This document shows, one piece after another, positions 10,576 through 21,530 of a stretch of 64,000 nucleotides of DNA. The notes under the pieces are model-generated. The model was not told where the DNA came from and made no database searches. It saw only the letters and a program-made list of their open reading frames with translations. The stretch is from the NCBI GenBank assembly GCA_025558095.1, contig JAIVFI010000025.1, positions 434,001-498,000 on the forward strand. The letters run 5' to 3'. How positions within the stretch are numbered: the stretch's first letter is position 1; every line of letters starts with the position of its first letter. Made by a program: the position numbers and the translations under genes. The stretch is from Hyaloraphidium curvatum SAG 235-1 (Eukaryota; Fungi; Monoblepharomycota).

Positions 10576-12922
10576 ATGGCGCTTCCGCCGCCGCCGACGC
10601 GGCCTCTGTCGATAGATGAAGCCCATGCAGCGCTGACCGCCGTCGGGATGATCCTCGAAACGACCGAAGCCGTAGTGGACGGCGTGACCTTCAAAGTCTG
10701 GAAGAACGCGTTCCCGACCGTGCGAGCACTTTGGGAGAACACCGCTCGGTTCAGGGACCTGGGCTGGGACTACCTTCTCCATGTGTCCCCCGACGGGACC
10801 GAGCAGCAGCGCGTCTCGTTCGCAGAGGCCTGGAACATCGTCTCAACGCTCGGGCACACCTTCTTGGGCTCTCATGCTGCTTTCGGATTGGGAAAGGGGT
10901 CGAGGGTGGCTATACTGAGCCGGAACAGGCCCGAATTCGTCACCGCATTCTACGGGATCGTCTCCAGCGGTAACGTTGGTCTCTCGCAGCCCCAGGCAGC
11001 TGCTTCGGCTTGACACCATCAACCAGATTGCCGTGCCCGTCAACGCTTGGCTCAAGGGGGAAGAATACCACTACTGCATCGACAATGCCGATTGCCGTGT
11101 TCTCATCGTTGACGAAGAACGCCTCGCCCGGCTGATCGGCGACCGGCACGAGGAAAACTACCTCATTCCCCTGCAGAGGAAGGGCCTGACGGTGATCGTG
11201 GTCCCGGATAGCAAGCCTTCGGAGGCGCAACGGAGGGATTGGCAGTCGAAAGGGATCCTCCTTGGGAGGACGTCATCTCGGGAAGCTTCATCGGCGGCCG
11301 GCGGAGCACCCTTCCGGACGTTGAGGTGCTGCCCGAAGACTACGCAACCATTATGTACACGTGAGTGCCCACGCACGCGCCTGCCTGGGAACTTATCGTG
11401 TTCTCCAGATCGGGCACCACCGGAAGGCCGAAGGGAGCTCTCGGTGCGAACCGCGCTCGGTGAAACATAATGGCGCTCACTGACGGATCTGTGGCCTGCA
11501 GGAAGCCACCGTAATTTCACCTCTTGTCCGTTTCACAACAACGTCGCGCCGCTGCGAAGCTACCTCCGCCGGGGGGAGCCGATCCCCACGCCGGATCCCA
11601 ACGCGCCGCAGCAGATCGGTTTGGTTACCCTTCCGAGTGAGCGGCTGCGTCTGAAGTGGATGGAGTTGGCTTCTCACAATGTCGTTCCGTTCCATCCGCA
11701 GTGTTCCACGTGGGCGGGCTTCACGGCGCGGTCCAGGCATATACCACGGCAGGGGCGTTAATGATAACCATCAACAAATTCGACGCAGGGCTCGTCGTCC
11801 GGTGCATAGAGCGGTATAGGATCACCGGAATCGGCACCGTTCCGACCATCGTCTGGTACGATCGCCTGCCTTGTTGGTCGCCGATAGCTTTTTGATATCC
11901 CTATTCCTTGCAGGGCCATAATCGAGCACCCCGAGTTCACTACTCGCGACATGTCGAGCTTGGCGAGTTTCGTCTACGGGGGGTCGCCCGCCTCGGAAGA
12001 CCTCCAAAAGCGTGTGCGGGACAAGGTCAAGGGCAGCCAAGCAGGCATGTCATTTGGGATCACGGAGACCGGTATGGCTCGAGGTTGCATCGGTGCTGTC
12101 TTTTGCTGACGGTCGGAGCAGGTTCCAACAATGTGACGTCTTTCGGGGACGATTTCGTCCTGAAGCCCATGAGCACCGGCGTCCCTACGCCCGTCAACAA
12201 GATCATGGTGATCGACCCCGAGGACGACAAGGAGTTCAAGCCGCTGCCGGTCAACACCGTCGGCGAAGTGTGCATCTTCGGCCCCAACGTCGTTCGCGGC
12301 GGCTACTGGCGGAATCCCGAGGCGACCAAGAAGGCGTTCTTCAAGCCGGGGTGGTATCGCACCGGGGACCTCGGGCGCATCGACGAGGAAGGCAGCCTCT
12401 TCATTGTTGATCGCGCGAAGGACATGTTGATCGTGAGTTGGCTCTGTGGTGATCTGTGGCCCTTTTTGACGTTTCTCGCCGTCCTGTTCCTTTCGGTCAC
12501 CTTCTCCGCTCCTCTACCGTCCCCGGCCATCCTCAAACCTCCCAAACAGCGCGGTGGCGAAAACGTGTACTGCGCAGTTGTAGAGAATGCGCTCTTCCAG
12601 CACCCGAGTGGAGCAGTGATCGAGGCTGCGGTGGTCGGGCTTCCGCACAAGCGCCTCGGGGAGGAGGTTCGCCCCCGATCACTCGCTTTCTTCGACTCCC
12701 TCGCCTGACACCTCGACGCCTTGCTCGCAGGTTGCCGCAGTCGTTCAGATCAAGCCGGAGTTCGAGGGCAAGATCACGGAGCGGGACCTTCGGCAGTGGG
12801 CGGCGTCGAAGCTGGCCTCGTTCCAGGTCCCCGTCATGATCGACATCCGGACGACGGAGCTTCCATACAACGCCGCCCGCAAGGTGCTCAAGCGTGAATT
12901 GAGGGATGAGGTGGGGTTTTAG
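10576..12922 (+). CDS. AMP-binding acyl-CoA synthetase (FadD-like), multi-exon
   Basis: YT|SGTTGRPKG P-loop, FGITET, YRTGDLG, DRAKDMLI|RGGENVY, C-terminal lysine (RKVLKR); several GT-AG introns. Confidence 0.9.
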
Positions 12923-13152
12923 CAGCAATGGAGCGGGGAGTTCAACTGAGCTGAATGTCCGCCGCAGGTGGTCAAGATCGCGCGAGAGCGAGGGTTGCTG
13001 GACGGCGGGGCTTCCAAACTCTAGCTGATCTACTGAGAGCTTTTGTAGCTGAAGTAGGATCAGATCGCTTCGGAAAAGGGGGCCGCCCAGCGCCGTGCCC
13101 GCGCGATCCGATCGACGGCACGCGTTTCGCGCACAAAGAGACTCGATCCGCC

Positions 13153-14232
13153 ATGCCCGCCAACTCCACGATGCGGAGCGGCCCGCTGCTCTGCCTGCTG
13201 CTTGTCGGCATCGGCCTTCTCGCGCGCGACGCCGCGGCAGCGGGCGACCTCGAGGACTGCCTTCGCGACCCGTCGGCGGCCGAGTGCCGCGACGCGAGGT
13301 ACCCGCCCGACCGCGCGGCAAAGGACCTCGACGCGCTGTGCGACGCGATGCCGTTCATGTCGGGCTGCTCCGTGCGGTCGCTCTGCCGCGGCGCGGGCGA
13401 CGGCATGCCCGCGCTGTGCGGCGACCCGTTCGTCGCCCTCGCCTCCGTGTGCCTCAAGGACATGCCCCGAATGCACGGCTGCTCGTCGTTTACCGCTCTG
13501 TGCGCGGCAAACTCGACGGTGCGGCAGTGCGCGGACGCGTCGCAGGTCGCATCGCTGGTCCCGACGACGGCGAAGGCGCGGGACGGAGTTTGGAGCATCT
13601 GCGGCGAGATGGACATGGAGGGGTGCCAGGCCTGCCCGAAAAAGGCCGGCCGATCCTTCCCGGACTGCGACATCCTCGCGACCTATTCGCAACTGTGCGT
13701 GGACATGCCCGGCATGGAGCAGTGCCGCGATTTCGGGTGGGATAGCATGTGCGCGGCGGAAGCGTTCCATTCCAGCGCCTTCTGCACCGCCGAGCCGCTC
13801 ACGGGTGTGCCTTTGGCTCCGGCAATGAAGATGTTTTTCCATTTTGGCCTTGCCGACTACGTTCTGATCCGGGCATGGGTACCGCGGACGGGCCTGCAGT
13901 ACGCGGCCACGCTTGCCGTTGTTTTCCTCGCTGCAGTGGGCTACCAGGTGCTGGACATTGCCCTGGGCAACGCGATACCCGCCATGTCGCGGCCTTCGGT
14001 AGCCTTGGTCGACAATGGCGAGCCGGCGACACAGCGTGGTGTCAGTCCCAACGCTGTTCGGGCGCTCGCTGTCGCCGGCATGAAGCTGTACGGATACTGT
14101 TTGATGCTCATCGCGATGACGTTCAACGTTGGACTTTTCGCCGCGCTAATTTCGGGTGTCGCTGTGGGCGAGTACTACTACGGATCAAAGCGATTGGCCG
14201 GAGGCTGGGACGGGGAAGGCAAGTGCTGCTGA
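13153..14232 (+). CDS. Ctr-family copper transporter with Cys/Met-rich extracellular N-terminus
   Basis: Signal peptide, repeated C-xx-MP-x-M-xx-C units, MKMFFHFG, MLIAMTFN (MxxxM), GVAVG (GxxxG), C-terminal CC. Confidence 0.9.
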   Translation: MPANSTMRSGPLLCLLLVGIGLLARDAAAAGDLEDCLRDPSAAECRDARYPPDRAAKDLDALCDAMPFMSGCSVRSLCRGAGDGMPALCGDPFVALASVCLKDMPRMHGCSSFTALCAANSTVRQCADASQVASLVPTTAKARDGVWSICGEMDMEGCQACPKKAGRSFPDCDILATYSQLCVDMPGMEQCRDFGWDSMCAAEAFHSSAFCTAEPLTGVPLAPAMKMFFHFGLADYVLIRAWVPRTGLQYAATLAVVFLAAVGYQVLDIALGNAIPAMSRPSVALVDNGEPATQRGVSPNAVRALAVAGMKLYGYCLMLIAMTFNVGLFAALISGVAVGEYYYGSKRLAGGWDGEGKCC

Positions 14233-14315
14233 TTCAGCAATATCACCATCGAATGGTCAATTCTTGGCCCAATTCTTGGCCACAATCAATGAATCGAATG
14301 ATCAATCTTCTGCTC

Positions 14316-15575
14316 TCAATCTAGCACGTCCCACACCGTCTTTACAGGCCTCTGCCAGCTGCCGTCCCCTTCCCCGAACCACGACCCGAGCCAAGTGTCA
14401 CTCCAGAACTTGGTCAGGTGCCTTTGACCCCCGTCGCAAAGCACAGTGACCACGATCCTGTCCGCCTCCCCGCACCACCCGCGCTCCTTGACCGCCTTCA
14501 CCACGCCGACCAGGTTGACACAGCTGCTCGAGCCCAGGAACAGCCCCTCCTTCTCGACCATGTACCTCGCCATCCTCACGCACTCGGCGTCCGACACCCT
14601 GACCGCATCGTCGATCCACCCGCGTTCCAGTCCCGTCGCCAGATTCCGCGTGAGCCGGTTGATCCCGACGCCCTCGACCAGCGTGTCCACCTGGTGCCGA
14701 CGGCGGGTCCCCTCGCGCTCGAAATCGCCGGCAAACATGATGCCGTGCTTGACCTTGTGGTACAGCCCCGAGCCGGGCGGGTCGGAGAGCACCGAAACCA
14801 TGTCGCGGCTGTGGCCGGTCTTGAGGTACCCCGAAACGCCGGTGAGCGTCCCGCCCGTGCCCGCGGCCATGACGAACATGGAGATCGGGCGGCCAGGCGC
14901 CGCAGAAGACACAAAGTCGGCGATCTCCGGTCCCGTCGACGAGTAGTGTATCCGCCAGTTGCAGGGGTTCTCGAACTGGTCGACGAAAACGGCCGATGGG
15001 CCGCCGCTCCCCTCGGCCTCGGCGGCTGTCTGTGCGGCCCGTCGCCTCGCAATGTTGACGAAGTGCCTCGGATCCGCGATCGGCGCCGGCCGCACCTTCT
15101 CCACCACGGCCGAGAGCGATCCGAGCAGCGCATACTTCTCCGCCGCCTGGTCGTCCGGCATGACGATGTGGCATTCGTACCCCATCGCCTTGCACACCAG
15201 CGCAAGGCTGATCCCCGTGCTCCCGACCGTGCCCTCGTAGACACGGTCGCCGCGGCCGCGGACCAGCCGGCCCTCGCGCTCCGCGGCCTCGACGGCGGCA
15301 AGGGCCACGCGGTCCTTGGAGGAGCCGCCGGGGTTCATGAACTCGGCCTTGGCGTACACGGTGACGCCGAGCTCCTTGCTCAGGGAGGAGAGGTGGAGTG
15401 TGGGCGTGTTGCCGATCGCCCCAGCGAAGCCGTGGCGGTCGTCCCGGTCCGGGCGGGGGGAGCTCGAAGTCCGCGGCAGGAGCCATCGCGCAGCGGAAAG
15501 CACCGTGCACGTGCCGGCGACCCCGAGGAGGAGGCCGACCAAGAGATCCGCGGTCGGTTTCGGGAGCTCGCGCAT
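14316..15575 (-). CDS. Cysteine synthase-like PLP enzyme (fungal type with N-terminal hydrophobic segment)
   Basis: IGNTP, KAEFMNPGGSSKDR, EGTVGSTG, DQFEN, GTGGT, EGVGINR, EGLFLGSSS; start taken at MRELPK. Confidence 0.93.
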   Translation of the reverse strand: MRELPKPTADLLVGLLLGVAGTCTVLSAARWLLPRTSSSPRPDRDDRHGFAGAIGNTPTLHLSSLSKELGVTVYAKAEFMNPGGSSKDRVALAAVEAAEREGRLVRGRGDRVYEGTVGSTGISLALVCKAMGYECHIVMPDDQAAEKYALLGSLSAVVEKVRPAPIADPRHFVNIARRRAAQTAAEAEGSGGPSAVFVDQFENPCNWRIHYSSTGPEIADFVSSAAPGRPISMFVMAAGTGGTLTGVSGYLKTGHSRDMVSVLSDPPGSGLYHKVKHGIMFAGDFEREGTRRRHQVDTLVEGVGINRLTRNLATGLERGWIDDAVRVSDAECVRMARYMVEKEGLFLGSSSCVNLVGVVKAVKERGWCGEADRIVVTVLCDGGQRHLTKFWSDTWLGSWFGEGDGSWQRPVKTVWDVLD

Positions 15576-15674
15576 TGTTGCCAATTGTTGACATGCCCCG
15601 CCGGCCATCACAGAGTCACAGACGTGAATGAAGGTCGGCAAACAGAAATTTGCGGCAAAGGCAACGAACTTCAG

Positions 15675-17018
15675 ATGCTCCAAAGCTGGAAATCTGTAGA
15701 CGAGATGCAGGTCCTCGAGTGGAAGTCGGAGCGCGTTTCCGCACTTTATCGCACGGCTGCAGACTGTGGGAATGAGCAACGCGTTGAGCTGCTGCGGCGG
15801 GCGCGCCTGGTGGAGACCCCACATTCAGCGGGCCCGCCGGAAAGCGGCGGCGGGGAGGACCGCGTCGTCGAGGGCGATTCCGGGCCCGTGCTCGTCACGA
15901 CGAAGCTCAGCAGCCGTCAGAGGATGAGGATGCGCGTGAAGGAGAGGAAGCGGCCGTCGGAAGAGGCTCAGGGGCCGGTTGAGCCGCCGAAACGGCAGAG
16001 GCACCTGAACCACGGCGAGGCAGCCGAGTGGAGCTTCCACGAGGAATTAAGGCCGATTCTCCACGAATGGCATGGGAAGCTGATGAGCGGACTGGAGGAT
16101 GGCACTTTGTCGCTGGTGGAGGCCGGTTTTGCTTCGTACGAGTTGGACGCCAAGGACATCTCGGAGCTGGACTGGCCCGCGATCGCTGGAGGGACCGTTC
16201 CCGTCGACGGAGTCGGGGATCTTCTCTCGGCCAATGGAGCGATTGAGGCCAAGGCCCTCGCGCGGCGAACGTGGGCGAACACGTCCGACCAATTCCTTGT
16301 CCTTGACGTGGCGGACGATGAGGCTTCTCGGCGGCTTGTCTTCCCTCCGCGCTGCCACTTTTGCGTTTCCGACCTCGCAGACTCCGCATTTTCAACCTTT
16401 CTTTCTTCGTCGGACAGGATGTTCCACGTCGTGCTCGTGGACCCGCCGTGGCCGAACCGCTCGGCGCAACGGAAGCAGACATACAGCCTTCTTCCTAGCA
16501 CGGAGGTCACAGCTGCCTCCCTGGCGGCGCATTTGGCCCAGCTTTCAACCGCAACTGCCGAGGACGCTGCAATTGGAATCTGGTGCACCAACCGTGCAGC
16601 GCATCGTGAGGCTGCGAAAGGAGTCCTCGAGCAGCTCGGATTTCCCCATCTGTCCGAATGGGTTTGGGGCAAGGTTGCCATTTCGGGAACCTGGGTCGTA
16701 CCGCTGGATGCAGGAGTTGGCAACGGACGGCGACCCTACGAGGTCATGCTCCTAGGACGAAGAAGCGCAGCCAATGAACCCCCGGCGGTACAGAGGAGGG
16801 TGGTGTTTGCCGTGCCGGAGCGGGAACACTCTAGAAAGCCGCGGGAATGGAACGATCTCGTGGCTCGCACCCTGTTTCCGGACCGGGACAGCGATGAACT
16901 TTGCTGCCTGGAACTCTTCGCCAGGGATTTAAAGCCGGGATCGTGGTCCTGGGGTAACCAGGCGCTCAGGTTCCAGGACGAGGTCTGGTGGTTGGAAGGG
17001 GAAGTGCAAAACGAATAA
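15675..17018 (+). CDS. MT-A70 family N6-adenine methyltransferase, METTL4-like
   Basis: VDPPWPNRSA, IWCTNR, EWVWGKV, RRPYEVMLLGR, HSRKP, LELFAR...WSWGNQALRFQ; intronless; start uncertain. Confidence 0.9.
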   Translation: MLQSWKSVDEMQVLEWKSERVSALYRTAADCGNEQRVELLRRARLVETPHSAGPPESGGGEDRVVEGDSGPVLVTTKLSSRQRMRMRVKERKRPSEEAQGPVEPPKRQRHLNHGEAAEWSFHEELRPILHEWHGKLMSGLEDGTLSLVEAGFASYELDAKDISELDWPAIAGGTVPVDGVGDLLSANGAIEAKALARRTWANTSDQFLVLDVADDEASRRLVFPPRCHFCVSDLADSAFSTFLSSSDRMFHVVLVDPPWPNRSAQRKQTYSLLPSTEVTAASLAAHLAQLSTATAEDAAIGIWCTNRAAHREAAKGVLEQLGFPHLSEWVWGKVAISGTWVVPLDAGVGNGRRPYEVMLLGRRSAANEPPAVQRRVVFAVPEREHSRKPREWNDLVARTLFPDRDSDELCCLELFARDLKPGSWSWGNQALRFQDEVWWLEGEVQNE

Positions 17019-17137
17019 AACTTCATGAATGCAGCAGGCTAGCGGCGATCGGCGCCCTTTACCGAGGGCAATGGCGTCGACCCAGATCGGAGATGAGCGG
17101 CTTGTGATCGCGACGCAGCACCACCTTTCTGCACGCG

Positions 17138-18808
17138 ATGTCGGACGAGCAGGACCGCAAAGGCGGCGATGCTCCGGCTGAGCCCTCAAGTCAAGGAGAA
17201 CACGAAGTCCCCGTGGAGTCTGTCGTCGAGGCGGTCCACGATGCGATCGCAGCGCACTCCGCCGAAGTGAAGGAGCTCGCGCAGTCTTTGGATTCGGACG
17301 CGAAGGACGTGGCTGCCGCGGCGGGCGAGATCGTCGGCGAACTGAACGAATCTGGCGCTGCATCGGCCGAGAGCGGGCAGGGCAAGTCCGTCGGCGACGA
17401 GGAGCCGACTCCGAACGCAGGCGACGCGTCGCACGCCCGGAAGCCATCTCTTGCCACCTCGCCGTCGCTCCTGCTGACGAGCGTTGCCGAAAATGTGGCT
17501 CGGGCGGCCGGAAGTGCTGCAAAGACGGTGGAATCCGCGGCCTCGGAGGTTGCCAAGAAGCTGAAGCTGGACTCGCTGGAACCCGTCGAATGGGCACCGC
17601 TCAGCATTCCCATGGAGCGGAGGAGGCAGACCCTTGCTGTTGCGCTGTGGTTAGTATTGCGAGGCGGGGTTCGTTGACGTGAGAAGAATGCTGACGTGAC
17701 TTCCACTGCAGGGCCCTCGTCGCGCCAATCAGCTGGTTCCTCTGCATTTACTGCGTGCTGCTCACATCCTACACGTCGATCCGCATCTTGTTTCTCCTCT
17801 ACTGCGTGTGGATCTACATCGACGAGGCACCGTTCCGGGGCGCTCGGCCGCTGCGCTGGGTTCGGCACTCCTCCCTCGCGAAATGGTTCGTGGACTACTA
17901 TCCGGTGCAGACGATCAAGACGGTCGATTTGGATCCGAACGAGAACTACCTCTTCGGCTACCATCCGCACGGGGTTCTCGGCTTTGGTGCCTGGGCGACG
18001 TTCGCGACGGCCATGACAGGCTTCGAAGAGTCCTTCCCCGGCATCACGCCCCACCTGTGCACCCTCAACGTCAACTTCCGGACGCCGTTCGGGCGTGAGT
18101 GGCTCCTTGCCCACGGCGTCATCTCGGCCGACAAGAAGAGCATCTTGAACACGTGGAAGAAGGGCAAGGGGCAAAGCGTGACCCTAGTAATCGGCGGCGC
18201 CGAAGAAGCCAGCGTTGCAGTAAGCACGACCTTTGACACCGCCACTGCGTTCTGTTCTCTTATTGGTCAATCGTCTAGAAACCTGGCACCTTCGACCTGG
18301 TTCTCAACAAGAGGCTCGGCTTCGTGAAGCTCGCGCTGTCGCAGGGCGTGTCGATCGTGCCGTGCTTTGCTTTCGGGGAGAACGAGCTGTTTGAAGTCAT
18401 CACGAATCCGACCGTGGACAAGGTAGAGCGTCTGAACTTGTTTCCGGGGCTTGGGTGTCCTCATGGCGCGTTGCCCTTGCCCCAGATTTCCAACTTCTTC
18501 AAGAAGACTTTTGGGTTCACGACTCCTCTCATTCACGGTCGAGGCATATTCACCTACAACTACGGCATTCTCCCAAGAAGGTGAACTTCGTCGGCGATTC
18601 GGAGTTGCAGCCCCTTGACATGTTCCGAAGGCGTCCGATCCACGTCGTTGTGGGCAAGCCGATCGCGACCCCCAAAACCGAGAATCCTAGCGATGAGCTC
18701 GTGCGGCAGTACCACAAGCAGTACCAGGACGGGCTTAAGGAGATCTTCGATGAGTGGAAGGAGCGGTTGTCGCCCAAGCGGCGGCAATCGTTGCGATTCA
18801 TCAAATGA
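17138..18808 (+). CDS. DGA1: Diacylglycerol O-acyltransferase 2 (DGAT2/Dga1), multi-exon
   Basis: WAPLSIPMERRRQTLAV, DYYP, FGYHPHG, IGGAEE, RLGFVKLAL, FAFGENE, VVGKPI. Confidence 0.93.
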
Positions 18809-18994
18809 CGGCGGTCGAGAGTTGGAGCTGACGGCGCGATGGTCGCGCACGGCATCGATGGTAATCTTGCTGTACCGAGCAGAGCATGTTATTCAGGAAC
18901 CTTGAACCTCCTTGGGCACTTGATGTGCCCGTGCCCGAGTGACCTGATCGACGGTCAGTAGTGGCCAACTGTCCTCGCGGCCTCGCCGCGTGCA

Positions 18995-21393
18995 ATGCGA
19001 ATATCGGCCCGGCTGTCGGCAGTAGTAGCCGTCGTTTTTGCATGCGTCTATCTTCTGCTTCCGCGCGGCCCGGCTGCCGCGCTGGACGACTGGAAGCCGG
19101 TGGACAACGGCGCTCTGGACGCGGCTCTCGCCGAGCTTCATCGGACACAGAAGGCGGCGGAACTGCCAGCACAAACCGTCGTTACTTCTACAGATCCAAA
19201 GCATGGCGCTGGATCGGATTCGAAGCCGGACTCGGGGGCGTCAGGTGTGGACGCGGGAGCGACGTCTGGGACAGAAACGCCCGCGCCTGAGCAGCCGAAG
19301 GGCGAGCCGAAACCCGTCAATGTGACCGGACTACCGGGTCAGGAGAACAAAACCGAAGCATTTGGCTCAGAAAGCGTGGCATCGGGACCGGTTCCAAAGC
19401 TCGTTGTAGACGCGACATGGAAGCCGCCGCCGAATGAGACACAGGAGGTCAAGCTGCCCAACGGAGAGACCAAGAAGGTCAAGTGGTAAGCAAAGGAAGC
19501 CGAGTTCCGTGTCCCTTCGTAACGATCCGACCTCCCGCAGTCGAGCTGACTTCGACGGACCTTGCCATGCCTATGCGCCACTTGTCGAGGCTAATGGGGC
19601 CGTTCCGAACCAATTTCCCGCGGGAACTCTTCAGCGCTTCGATATTGAGCACGGCGGTGTGCTCACTGCTTCCTTGGTTTCTTACGATCCGGCGCTCCTG
19701 CCGTCTTCGGATGGCATCTTCACCCCCAGCGCAATAGTGCCAATTCACCTCGTTCCGGACGAGGATGAGGCACGACGGACATACTTGGAGAGCGGCGCGT
19801 CGGAAATCCATCTTTGGCACGCGGCTTTTGTGGCGCCAAAGCCCGGAGAGTTTATCTTGGTGGTTCGCCTTCGTCAGCAGACCTCGGCCGTCACCGACCC
19901 GGCTCTGTGCACAACGCTGGCCTCTTATCCCGACTCGGACATGGAGGCAGTATCTGGGCCGGTCAACTATTCCGATCCCGTGCGCAGCGGGTCTGCGTAC
20001 GTGCGCGAGCTTCGGCAGCACTGCGGATGGAACAAAACCAGGGAAGATTGGTTCGACCTGATGAAGAACGATCCGGGTCGCCCGGCCAACGTGCCGTGGG
20101 CAAAGTCGATCGTCTTCCAGCGCAATGTGACCGTGACAGCGCCTCCCGGCGATTCCGGGGGCATCGCCGTTCCCCGAACATCCGGGCGGATGACAAAGGT
20201 CATCGAGGCGCTTTTCCGCTTCGTTTATCGCCCACCGCCGGGGATGACGGCTGCCGATATTGCCGCAGACCCTCGTCTTTTCTCCTTGGGCACGTACGAA
20301 TCAGCTGCGCCGGATCTGCCTCCGTCGAACGCTTCCAAAGCGACGCCTGGAAACATTTGGATGCGGCCGACGGTCGAGATGTGTCCCTGGGTCTTCGAGC
20401 GCCATGCCGTGGGCTCCAATTGCTCGTCTCGCCCGGGCCAGCTCTATTTCCGGCCCTTGTTTGCCCCCGAACGCAAAGATTGGCTCATTTCCAAGGAGCG
20501 TTTGGCGCGCTGTGTACGAGAGGAGCGAGTCAAGATCGTCGGCGATTCGCTCGCCGGCCTCTTCACACACGCGATGAACTGCGCTTGCATGCGTTATACG
20601 GGCAAGAATTGCTTCTGGGCTCCGATGGATAGCAGGGGCGCGAACGGGCAGGTGTTTCCTCTGCATTACTTTGCCTCTCTGCATCCGCCCGAGGGAACCG
20701 ACCCTCCGCGGGAGCTGTTGCGTTACCTCGTCTCTACGAAGCAGGGATCGGGAGTCGTGCTTTGGCAGCTAGGAGCCTGGCCTATAGCCTACACGAACTC
20801 GACGGTCTGGCAAAGGGCCTTCACTCGAATCCTCGAGGAAATGCAGACGGATCTCGGGACGGAAAGGGACTTGTGGCGGGATTGGGCTCAGCGCAGGGAT
20901 CGACACAGGACAGCGGAGGGCGAGCGGGAGGTAGCTGAATCAAGCGGCCAGGCAAACGGGTCGGTGAACGCTACCGGACCGAAAGCAAGGAACTTCAAGG
21001 AGGAACCTGTACCGCAGGTGCCGCGCCGGTACCTCTTCGCCACAGCCACGCCGTTCCAAACTTTCATCGAACCACTGACATGGCTGCGGATGCCTGCTTT
21101 TCAAACGCTGGGCCGCGCGCTCAAGTACAACCACCTCCTGCTCGAGGCGCACAATGCCCAATGGGCGTTGGTCAAGCAAGCGGACCAACGGGTCGAGATT
21201 GTCGACACTTTTCGCATCTTGGAGCAGAGGTTCGACGCCAGGACGGACAATGCCCACTACTGTCCTGGTGCAACGTTCGAGGTGGCAATGGTTGGTTTTC
21301 GTCGTGAACCCCCCCCCAGGCGGGCCCGGCTTACAATGCTATGATGTTCCTCTGCAGGTCCTCTGGCAAATCATCTGCAGAGATGTGGATTAG
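18995..21393 (+). CDS. Type II membrane protein with SGNH/PC-esterase-like domain (3 exons)
   Basis: N-terminal signal anchor, low-complexity stem, IVGDSL (GDS) and DNAHYC (DxxH) motifs; introns near 19486 and 21291. Confidence 0.6.
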
Positions 21394-21530
21394 CTAGAAA
21401 CTGCCTCGGGTCAACACAATTGTTTGGCCTGGCGCGACGGAGTGCTTGATGAGCGTGACGGTCGGATCTCGACGCCAAAGTTCTCGCGCATGTGGGTCGC
21501 ACAGTACGGATAGTGGGTCGGCCCCCCCAC

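Noticed and set aside
8848-12922. Siderophore (desferrioxamine-like) cluster from a DesA-like decarboxylase plus acyl-CoA ligase
   Set aside because: No N-hydroxylase, acyltransferase or NIS/NRPS synthetase in the window.
14418-15674. Long N-terminal extension of the METTL4-like ORF (866 aa)
   Set aside because: It is the antisense shadow of the cysteine synthase CDS.
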